DNA from: an uncultured Armatimonadia bacterium
Lineage (GTDB): Bacteria; Armatimonadota; Zipacnadia; Zipacnadales; JABUFB01
Assembly: GCA_964639415.1 (NCBI GenBank)
Contig: CAZXDD010000003.1
Span: 1 to 39,795 of the forward strand
Length of the DNA: 39,795 nucleotides
Direction: 5' to 3'
Shown here: in pieces, positions 1 through 7,113 of the stretch
How positions within the stretch are numbered: position 1 is the stretch's first letter
How the letters are laid out: each line of letters starts with the position of its first letter
Translations under genes and position numbers: made by a program
Notes under the pieces: generated by a model
Databases searched by the model: none
Seen by the model: only the letters and a program-made list of their open reading frames with translations
What the model was told of the DNA's origin: nothing

Positions 1-136
1 GAGCGTCCATCTCGCGCAGCGAGATAGCGAGGAATCTCGCGGAATGCCAGGAGATCCCTCGAACTGCTCTTGCCGGGAGCGGACGCTTCCACAGCGACAT
101 TCCCGGCCAAGGCGCGGAGTTCTCGGCCGCACCTCT
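1..136 (+). repeat. Structured intergenic repeat, copy 1 (5' side possibly cut by window start)
   Basis: Aligns by eye with 38724..38856 in the same orientation, about four fifths identical with one 3-nt indel. Nested pairing: closing helix 1-8/81-88; hairpin atctcgc-gca-gcgagat at 9-25; arm 29-38/51-60; arm 66-71/75-80. Confidence 0.8.
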
Positions 137-1427
137 ACACCTGATGCCGGTCGAAGTCCAGGGGGCGCACCCGGTATTGTAGCTCCGTAGCCCCGAACCC
201 GATGAGGTCGCCATCGCCCAGGCGCTGGGAGTGCACGGGCCGGCTGTTCACGCTGGCCTGCGCCCCATCGGTGCAGCGCAGGACGTGCACGGCTCCCACC
301 GCCTCGATGATGCAGCGTCCGGGCCCTATGGCGGTGTCCTTGACCAGGGGTATGTCGGCTCCCAGGTCGCGCCCGATGATGGTCTCGTGCTTGTACAAGA
401 CGAACTGCTTGCCCGAGAGCGGTCCACCGACCACCACGAGCCAGGCCTCCTTGCGCATCTCTTCCACCAACCCGATACCCAGGCCGGTGCACAGGCCGAG
501 TGTGGTGATGCCGACCAGACGCGACGGTGAGCCCGCGATGATGCCCGGCTGGCCCGCCGCCGGCGGGCCAAGGAGGGCCTGGAACAGCAGGTCGATTCCG
601 TCGAATAGCAGGCCGCCCACGAAGCCCCCGGCGGCGCCGCCGATCGCTCCGTTTGTGATCTTGCGTCCGGCCATGCCCATCACGCCGGGTCCCATCCCGA
701 CCAGAGCCCCGACGGCGGCCCAGCCGATGGAGCGGGCGGCCACGGTCTGCACGATGAAGGACAGACTGAGGTCGGTGCCCGCGCCGCCCAGCAGCAGACG
801 GAAGACTGTCTGGCCCAGCACGCCGCCGATCGCGCCGCCCAGCAGTCCGGTGGCGAAGCCCAGGCCCGCCCCCGTGGCCGCTCGCGACCAGGCCCCCAAT
901 ACCACGCCCTCGGCCGCCCCCAGGCTCAGCCCGATGAAGGCCCCCATGATCGCGCCGAACTTGCATGTGTACACAAGCTGCGCCAGCGGACCGGAGGCGG
1001 AGCTGCCCGCCCCCAGGGCGTGAGCACGCATGCCGGGCTCCTGCACCGCCCAGGCCAGGAACCCACCGATGGCGCCGGCCACCATCATCTGCAGAACCAG
1101 CGAGCCCGTAAGCTGCCGGACCGCGGCCCCCTTCAGTTTGCCGTTCACATCGGCGGTCACGTCCACCGCCGGGTAGCCACCGGAGGGCAGAGCCGGATAG
1201 TCGGGGACGTCCGGGAGGTCCTCGGCCTCGATGACGATCAGGTCGGGTCGGGCGGAGGAGGAGGCCGCCGGAGGCGGAGCGTCCGGCTCGGCGTCGCCGA
1301 TCAACTCCACCTCGACCGGAGCCAACTGGATCTCGATCTCTTCCGTGCCATCCCCGGTAGGTGCCCCGGGGTACCGCTCCTCGGCTGACTGGTTCATCTG
1401 TTGGGGTGCTCCCGGCACGGCAATCAT
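135..1427 (-). CDS. Polytopic glycine-rich membrane protein with C-terminal FHA domain
   Basis: 430-aa ORF. The C-terminal ~95 aa are FHA-like (TIIGRDLGADIPLVKD...VNSRPV...LGDGDLIGFGATELQYRV). The middle has about six Gly/Ala-rich hydrophobic segments and the N-terminus is Pro/Asp/Glu-rich. An alternative start at ATG 1397 has a better GGGAG upstream. Last gene of the Ubl cluster. Confidence 0.8.
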   Translation of the reverse strand: MIAVPGAPQQMNQSAEERYPGAPTGDGTEEIEIQLAPVEVELIGDAEPDAPPPAASSSARPDLIVIEAEDLPDVPDYPALPSGGYPAVDVTADVNGKLKGAAVRQLTGSLVLQMMVAGAIGGFLAWAVQEPGMRAHALGAGSSASGPLAQLVYTCKFGAIMGAFIGLSLGAAEGVVLGAWSRAATGAGLGFATGLLGGAIGGVLGQTVFRLLLGGAGTDLSLSFIVQTVAARSIGWAAVGALVGMGPGVMGMAGRKITNGAIGGAAGGFVGGLLFDGIDLLFQALLGPPAAGQPGIIAGSPSRLVGITTLGLCTGLGIGLVEEMRKEAWLVVVGGPLSGKQFVLYKHETIIGRDLGADIPLVKDTAIGPGRCIIEAVGAVHVLRCTDGAQASVNSRPVHSQRLGDGDLIGFGATELQYRVRPLDFDRHQV

Positions 1428-1520
1428 CCACCGCAGGCAAGACGCCCCGGCGGACGTACTGGTCCGAGGGTCCCCTGCAACTACGGGGCCATTGCGGCGG
1501 CGGTCAATCGGGCGGAGCGG

Positions 1521-2312
1521 CTACTGCAAGGAGGACAGAAGAGGGGCAAGGCGCGCCGACAGGGCCAGATACAGAATCACCTGCGCCACCGGCCCCAGTA
1601 GACCGAGGACCACCGCCGAGACGGCCTTGACACTCACCGTTGGGCTTGGGACGCGGAATCGGCGCAATGAGACCAGCACGGAGACGCCCATGAACAGGGC
1701 CACGACGGACACCACCGGGCAGCAACAGAGCCCCAGCAGCGCGTAGCTCAGGGCCGTGGAGGCGGTGGAATCCATCTGCGCCACGGTGGCCCCCGCCGCC
1801 TCGCGCTCGATGGCGGCCACCTCGCGCCATGAGGGGATGCGGGCGGGTATTGCCGCGCTCGGCCCCTGCCGCGGGGCCTCACGGGGGGCCTCACGGGGAG
1901 CCTCACGGGGAGCCTCGCGCGGCGCCACCAGCGCAGGGCGCCCCACGGGCGGGTACTGACCGGGGCGGTTGGCCTTCGCGGCGGGGGCCATGGCGCAGCC
2001 GTAGGTGGTGCAGCCGTCGTTTTCCAGCCAGCATTCGTAGTGGTGGGGCACCTTGCACAGCGGACAGACGATCACCCGATCGTCGTGGCCGATGGGGTAC
2101 TGGTCATACGGACAGGTCTTGCCGATCAGCTCGCCGGCGGCGGAGCGCGGCAGGGGGTGTTCGGAGGCGGGGCGACGCGCAGGGGCGTCGGTGGCCGGAG
2201 GCGCGGGCGCCGGAGACGGCGGTGTGGTGGGCAGCGAGAACACCTGTCTGCCGCAGCGCGTGCAGAACCGGCCCTCGATCTCGAATTCGTGACGGCAGTA
2301 GGGGCATCTCAT
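1521..2312 (-). CDS. Membrane-anchored zinc-ribbon / prokaryotic RING-finger-like protein (candidate E3)
   Basis: 263 aa. N-terminal CPYC-x12-CTRC zinc ribbon. aa 67-106 read CPYDQYPIGHDDRVIVCPLCKVPHHYECWLENDGCTTYGC, which matches the Prok-RING family-1 style pattern (CPxC-x4-H-x2-CW-x6-C-x4-C). Then a (REAP)n repeat and two C-terminal hydrophobic helices. Confidence 0.7.
   Translation of the reverse strand: MRCPYCRHEFEIEGRFCTRCGRQVFSLPTTPPSPAPAPPATDAPARRPASEHPLPRSAAGELIGKTCPYDQYPIGHDDRVIVCPLCKVPHHYECWLENDGCTTYGCAMAPAAKANRPGQYPPVGRPALVAPREAPREAPREAPREAPRQGPSAAIPARIPSWREVAAIEREAAGATVAQMDSTASTALSYALLGLCCCPVVSVVALFMGVSVLVSLRRFRVPSPTVSVKAVSAVVLGLLGPVAQVILYLALSARLAPLLSSLQ
1869..1922 (-). repeat. 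12-bp in-frame tandem repeat (~4.5 units) encoding (REAP)n
   Basis: Plus strand reads ggggcctcacgg / ggggcctcacgg / ggagcctcacgg / ggagcctcgcgc. Translates on the minus strand to PREAPREAPREAPREAPR inside the RING-like CDS. Confidence 0.9.
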
Positions 2313-2416
2313 GTGTGGTAACGCGAGCTGGGTGGCGCACGTTTCGCGGGCCGAACGTCCCCCGCCGGCTCACCCACGGTCTCATCGCAGTCGTGGGGTA
2401 AGGGGTACCGCCGGCC

Positions 2417-2959
2417 CTAAATCAGCCTGATGTCAAGCTCCTCGGCACCCGGGCGGCTCTGCCGCGAGGAGGGGCTCAGCAGGCTGATCTCGATGTCCGG
2501 TTGGTACAGGTCCACATCGCCGATGGGCAGCAGGGAGGCGTTGATCTCGGCCCAGCGCGCCGCGATGCCGTTCAGCGGGCTCTTGGTATTGTAGTTGCGG
2601 TACTGGATCATCTCCCCGATCTGGATGATCAGATCGTCGATGCTCTCGCCCGGGGTCCAGTGGTCGCCGATGCAGATCTGCTGGTGACTGATATTGGGGT
2701 GGAAGACCTCGGTCTCCATGGTGCACCGCGGCTTCTCCCGGGGATAGCCCTCATGCAGGTAGATGCGGACCCGATGCTCGTTGACCGCGATGGGTCGGTT
2801 GGCCCGGGTGTCCAGGCGCAGGCCGCGCACGTGGAAGGTAACGTGATAGGCCTCGGGCGGATCGCCCTGCAGGGGCACCACCTGGATGTTCGGATGCCCG
2901 CTGAAGTGCTCGGTTATCCGGCAAGAATCGGCATACAGTCGCCTGAGCCGTGCATTCAT
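2417..2959 (-). CDS. Ubiquitin-conjugating enzyme (E2/UBC fold)
   Basis: 180 aa with the canonical UBC core: YPREKPRCTMETEVFHPNISHQQICIGDHW...SPLNGIAARW. HPN is at aa 87-89 and the candidate catalytic Cys96 codon is at 2672-2674. Confidence 0.85.
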   Translation of the reverse strand: MNARLRRLYADSCRITEHFSGHPNIQVVPLQGDPPEAYHVTFHVRGLRLDTRANRPIAVNEHRVRIYLHEGYPREKPRCTMETEVFHPNISHQQICIGDHWTPGESIDDLIIQIGEMIQYRNYNTKSPLNGIAARWAEINASLLPIGDVDLYQPDIEISLLSPSSRQSRPGAEELDIRLI

Positions 2960-3036
2960 GTCTCAGCGCTCGCCTCGAGTGTGGTGACAGTCTCTGTATG
3001 GTACCGCAACTGCATCTATGGGCTGCGCCCGGAGGA

Positions 3037-3088
3037 GACCGTCGGACGGCCGGTTCGGCGGGTCGGAAGGCCCGGCCCACCGACGGTC
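3037..3088. other. Inverted repeat (9-bp perfect arms gaccgtcgg / ccgacggtc) in the JAB-E2 spacer
   Basis: Arms at 3037-3045 and 3080-3088 flank a GC-rich 34-nt interior. It lies in an unusually long 260-nt gap inside an otherwise compact cluster. Confidence 0.35.
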
Positions 3089-3219
3089 GTTGAGTCACCC
3101 CAACCCATGTATGGTTGTAGTTCCGGCGAAGCTCCATCTCAGACCGACGAGCGCGGCGCGGAGGTTTGAGGCAGAGCTTCGCTAGCTTCATACGTCAGTA
3201 GACGCGCCCACATAGGCAT

Positions 3220-4212
3220 CTAGCGTGAGGCCGGTCCGGCCGGGAGAGGCCGGTCTCGCCCCGCCCCTCCGTCGGTGAGCGGCCCCGGGATCAGCAGTCT
3301 CGTCCCCGGCCGCACCTGCGCTCCGGCCAGGCCGTTGGCTACGGCCAGAGCCCCCCACTTGTCCTCGTCCCCGTAGCGCTCGCGGGCGATGGTGCGGAGA
3401 GTGTCGCCGGGCCGGGCGATATGGACCTCCGCCTCATCGTCCGCCACCGGGTCCGCCCCCCGGTCGGTGAGCGGCGCCAGAGCCTCGCGTAGGTCTGTCA
3501 CCTGCCCGCCCACGGTCCTGATCGCCGCCAGCGTCTCCGCATCGGTGACTGACCCCTGCGGCCGCGTGAGCTCCACCGTCTGCATGGCCAGCAGCGCCAG
3601 GAGCGCGCAGACAACCAGCGTCAGCCAGGGTCCGCCACCGGACCGTGGGGCCGAGGCGGTAAAGGGCCGTGGCGGTGGGGATTGCTCCGCGGCGTGAACG
3701 ACTTGCAGCCCCGCCGGGCCCACGATCTCCCCATCTTGCCAGACGAACACGCCCGAGGTCTCGGCGCGCGGGTCCAGAACCAGCGCCACCTGCCAGGGCA
3801 GGCTGAAGAAGTTGCGGTGGATGAACAGGTCGTATTCGGACAGGAAGATGCCAAAGCCCGGGTGGGTGTGGTACCAGCCGATGATGCGCTTGTCGGCGAA
3901 GTCTTGCTCCCGCCGGGCACTGATCTGCGCCCAGGTCTCGTGGGTGAAGGTGATGCTGCCGCGCATGGACTGAGTGTGCTCGGCGGCGATGGCGCCCTCG
4001 ATGTACACGACCGTCCCGGTCTCGCAGGAGGAGGCGGTGCCCACCAGCACGCCACCCAGCTCATGGTCGAGGTCCTCCGCGGCATGCCGCCGCACCTGCG
4101 CCAGCACCTCGCCCCGCACGAGGACCACGGCGCCGGAGGCCGACGGGGTAGGAGCCGGCTCACTGAGGCCGACCTGTACGTCCGGAGCGTCATCGGCCAT
4201 GGTGTCTGTCAC
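3220..4212 (-). CDS. JAB/MPN (JAMM) metalloisopeptidase - TM helix - LysM domain protein
   Basis: 330 aa. Complete JAMM signature: E51 (HELGGVLVG) and H115-T-H117-P-x6-S125-x2-D128 (GWYHTHPGFGIFLSEYD). Hydrophobic helix WLTLVVCALLALLAMQTV. C-terminal LysM-like HIARPGDTLRTIARERYGDEDKWGALAVANGL...VRPGTRLLIPG. Confidence 0.9.
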   Translation of the reverse strand: MTDTMADDAPDVQVGLSEPAPTPSASGAVVLVRGEVLAQVRRHAAEDLDHELGGVLVGTASSCETGTVVYIEGAIAAEHTQSMRGSITFTHETWAQISARREQDFADKRIIGWYHTHPGFGIFLSEYDLFIHRNFFSLPWQVALVLDPRAETSGVFVWQDGEIVGPAGLQVVHAAEQSPPPRPFTASAPRSGGGPWLTLVVCALLALLAMQTVELTRPQGSVTDAETLAAIRTVGGQVTDLREALAPLTDRGADPVADDEAEVHIARPGDTLRTIARERYGDEDKWGALAVANGLAGAQVRPGTRLLIPGPLTDGGAGRDRPLPAGPASR

Positions 4213-4288
4213 CTCCGGGCTCTTGTGAGAAAGCTCGGGCGGACGGGAGCAGCGATACCGGGCCGGCAGGCCCCGCCCTCCCGGCGGC

Positions 4289-5494
4289 TCAAGCGATGGC
4301 CCCCAGGGCCTGACCGCGATCTCCCGCCAGCAGATAGTGCTCGCTGTGCATGCCGCAGCGACCCCGCACGATGTCGTAGGGCGGGATCCCGAACTGCGCC
4401 AACGTCAGACCCAGGTACTGCTCATCACCGTGGATCGCGTGGACCGACTGCGGCGAGCGTGCCTGTCCACACCTGGGACAGGCCGCCTGCCTGCCGGTGA
4501 GCTTGCCCAGCGCGACGAAGACCTCCTGGGCCACATCGCACCGGGGGCAGTGCAAAGCGGTGCAGATCTCGCGGTCAAACTCCAGCACCGCCTCGGGGCC
4601 GATGCGTCCGCGAACGAAGCCGAGCAGCTCGCCCAGCGTGGCCGTGGCGGCGGAGAAGTCCGTGGACGTCACCGGTCCCTGCTCGTCGTGGGCCGGGCAG
4701 TCATCCCTGCGCCGGTACTGCACCACATACGAATCGTGGGTCAGGCCGTTGAAAACGAAGCCCCTGCCCGACAAGAGAGGCAGGTCGCGGTCGCGGTGTA
4801 GCCACTTGACGGCTTCCTGCACCTGAATGCCCGCGATCACCGAGGCCGTCGTGGGAGTGGTGGGGACTTTGCCCTCCAGCACGTCATCTCGAGTGAGCAG
4901 GGCGCAGGAACGGCGCATGTTCAGGAGCTTGTAGTCCAGATCGGTGAGCGTGCATTCGTAGCAAGGGCCGTCGGGGGGGTAGAACCCCCGGGCCAGGCCG
5001 TGCACCACCTCTATCGCCCCATCGATCCAGGGCTTGCCCAGCCTCCAGCAGACCTGATTGACAAACAGGCGAGCCTCGCGGTTGTCCAGGCCTCCGAGGA
5101 CGATATCCATGTCGGCAAACACGCCGGCGCCGATGTCGTGGACGATGTTTGCCCGGTGGGCCTCCACACGCACGTCGGGGTTGAGCCGCCGCATCGACCC
5201 CGCGGCGACCAGGGCCTTGTCCTGCCCGGCGTCCTCGTGGGTGAACAGCACACTGCGGGTGAGGTTCGTGTCCTCGATGGTGTCGAGGTCCACGACGAGG
5301 ACATTGCCGATGCCCAGCAGGGCCAGGTTCTTGCACAACTCGTTGCCGATGGCGCCGGCGCCGACAACCATCACCCGCGCCGCGGCGAGCCGGTCCTGCT
5401 CCCACCAGGGGATCAGGCGCAGTCTCGAGTAGCGGTCCTCCTCGAGGTCGACGTCCACCGGAGCGTTGGGGTTGCAGGCATCGTGCTGTGCCAT
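4289..5494 (-). CDS. E1-like (ThiF/MoeB/UBA-family) Ubl-activating enzyme
   Basis: 401 aa. Motifs: RYSRL; Rossmann VMVVGAGAIGNE; VVDLDTIEDTNLTRS; CYEC; Cys in RRSCALL; C-terminal CPRC-x24-CPRC. The start lies 2 nt after the Ubl stop. Confidence 0.9.
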   Translation of the reverse strand: MAQHDACNPNAPVDVDLEEDRYSRLRLIPWWEQDRLAAARVMVVGAGAIGNELCKNLALLGIGNVLVVDLDTIEDTNLTRSVLFTHEDAGQDKALVAAGSMRRLNPDVRVEAHRANIVHDIGAGVFADMDIVLGGLDNREARLFVNQVCWRLGKPWIDGAIEVVHGLARGFYPPDGPCYECTLTDLDYKLLNMRRSCALLTRDDVLEGKVPTTPTTASVIAGIQVQEAVKWLHRDRDLPLLSGRGFVFNGLTHDSYVVQYRRRDDCPAHDEQGPVTSTDFSAATATLGELLGFVRGRIGPEAVLEFDREICTALHCPRCDVAQEVFVALGKLTGRQAACPRCGQARSPQSVHAIHGDEQYLGLTLAQFGIPPYDIVRGRCGMHSEHYLLAGDRGQALGAIA

Positions 5495-5496
5495 GG

Positions 5497-5766
5497 TTAG
5501 CCGGCTGTCAGCTCGGGCTCGAGACGGAGCACGTCGCCTTCCTGCACGCCGGCCTCACCCAGGGTCTGGTCGTCGCCCAGCTCCTTGCCGGTGGCCTTGT
5601 GCCGGAAGCGGTAGCTCAGGGGCGCCCCATCGGGCCCCACGGTGGGCAGCTCCATCATCTGCACCAGTTTGGTGATGATCCGCCGCACCGCGGCGTCATC
5701 GGGCAGACTGGCCTGCTGCTCCTTATTGCCCGTCACATCGATAACCGTGACCGTGACCTTTCCCAC
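5497..5766 (-). CDS. Ubiquitin-like beta-grasp protein ending in Gly
   Basis: 89 aa with a GTG start preceded by AAGGAGG. Sequence alternates beta-strand-like and helix-like stretches (KVTVTVIDV...AAVRRIITKLVQ...YRFRH...GDVLRLEP) and ends ...ELTAG-stop. Sits directly upstream of E1. Confidence 0.75.
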   Translation of the reverse strand: MGKVTVTVIDVTGNKEQQASLPDDAAVRRIITKLVQMMELPTVGPDGAPLSYRFRHKATGKELGDDQTLGEAGVQEGDVLRLEPELTAG

Positions 5767-6204
5767 GAGACGAAGACCTCCTTGAATGCGGGTGACTCTC
5801 CAATGCCGGGCGCGGCGCTGTGATGGCGTCTCCGCGGGCCACGGCGGCGGCGCCGCGGCGCGTCCATGGCAACGAACTGCTGCGAGCCGTCCGGCTCGCC
5901 GAGTCGGGCTGGGAGCTCAGATTATGCAGGTTCTGGGCGGGCGCCGACTCACGTCGCCTCACCCCCCCAACCCCGCCTCTCGGCGTCTCTCCGAGCCGCT
6001 TGTACTCGCCGATACGACCGGCGAGACGGGATGAGGGGGGAGAACGGCACTATTGCGAGCGATAGAGGCTTTAGTGCGGCGTGATGTGGCATAACTGCGC
6101 CCATGCATAATGTGAGTGGGAAGCCCGACCTACGCGTTCACGAACGGCGTGATCGCGACCCCCGATCTAGATTTATCTGTACAGAAGTCGGTGCATAGGG
6201 GCAC

Positions 6205-7113
6205 CTAGTGCAGGGTGATGTCCACATCCGACAGGTCGTCGCCCTGCTGCGTCTCGGCACGAGCTCCCGTCCTAACGGGTGCCTGAGCGGCCCGGCCCCG
6301 CAGGACGTAGTGCACAAGCAGCAGGCTGGTGGCCCCCGAGGTGAGGATGGAGACGATCACGACGATGCCGATGACAAGTGGCAGTGACATGGGACTGCCC
6401 TCCGGCGTCACGGGCTCGGGGGCCTCTTCGCCGCTCCCCACGGCGACCAGCGGCACCAGCGCCTCGCCCGGGGCAACCTGATAGGGTATCTGGTGTTCCT
6501 GCAAGAATCCGGCCAAGACCTCACTGGGCACGGCAAAGCCGAGATTCTGAGCGTCCTTGACCACAGTGGTGCTCATGCCGATGACCGCGCCACGCTCATC
6601 GACAACCGGGCCTCCGGAGTTGCCGGGATTGAGGGCGGCGTCGATCTGGACGAACTCCCGGCCTCCCACGCGCCGCCTGACGGCACTGACGATGCCCTTG
6701 GTGAGGGTGTGGTCCAGGCCCATGGGCGCCCCGATGGCGAACACGTCCTGTCCGGCCCTGGCGGCGCTGGAGGCCGCCAGTCGCAGCGGGATCGGCGGCG
6801 CAGCGGCGCACTCGATGAGGCACAGGTCGCGCCCGTCGTCGCGGGCGATCACGAGGCCTGCGGAGACGGCGGAGGAGGACAGCTTCACCTCGACCCGCCG
6901 GGACTTGCGGACCACGTGGGCCGCGGAGAGGATGTGGCCGGCATCATCCACGATGAAGCCGGCACCGTCGAAACCGGGGCCCCGGACGGTGACCACGGCC
7001 GGGTCGATCACCGACAGCCAGTCCCTGTCCGCCCCGGGGTGCTGAGATTCCTGGGCGCAAGCTCCCGCGACCAGTGCCGCTGCCAGACCGATCAGTACAG
7101 CCGTGCGAGTCAT
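6205..7113 (-). CDS. Trypsin-like (S1/HtrA-type) serine protease with N-terminal signal peptide and C-terminal TM anchor
   Basis: I trimmed the ORF to ATG 7113, which has GGAGG upstream. Sequence begins MTRTAVLIGLAAALVAGACAQ. Motifs: ILSAAHVV, DLCLIE, GNSGGPVVDERGAVIGM. C-terminal helix LPLVIGIVVIVSILTSGATSLLLV. The 110-aa Arg-rich N-terminal extension in the ORF track looks non-coding. Confidence 0.8.
   Translation of the reverse strand: MTRTAVLIGLAAALVAGACAQESQHPGADRDWLSVIDPAVVTVRGPGFDGAGFIVDDAGHILSAAHVVRKSRRVEVKLSSSAVSAGLVIARDDGRDLCLIECAAAPPIPLRLAASSAARAGQDVFAIGAPMGLDHTLTKGIVSAVRRRVGGREFVQIDAALNPGNSGGPVVDERGAVIGMSTTVVKDAQNLGFAVPSEVLAGFLQEHQIPYQVAPGEALVPLVAVGSGEEAPEPVTPEGSPMSLPLVIGIVVIVSILTSGATSLLLVHYVLRGRAAQAPVRTGARAETQQGDDLSDVDITLH

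Noticed and set aside
4289-5766. Reading the Ubl-E1 pair as a MoaD/ThiS-MoeB/ThiF sulfur-carrier pair for cofactor biosynthesis.
   Set aside because: The same cluster has a canonical HPN-Cys E2, a JAMM peptidase and a RING-like finger. No MoaE/ThiG/ThiH-type partner is present.
135-5766. Classifying the Ubl cluster as type II CBASS (Cap2/Cap3) or as a Bil-type operon.
   Set aside because: There is no CD-NTase or CBASS effector gene. E1 and E2 are separate proteins rather than a Cap2 fusion. A RING-like gene and an FHA gene are present, and these are not part of those systems as I know them. Relatedness is still possible and needs profile searches.
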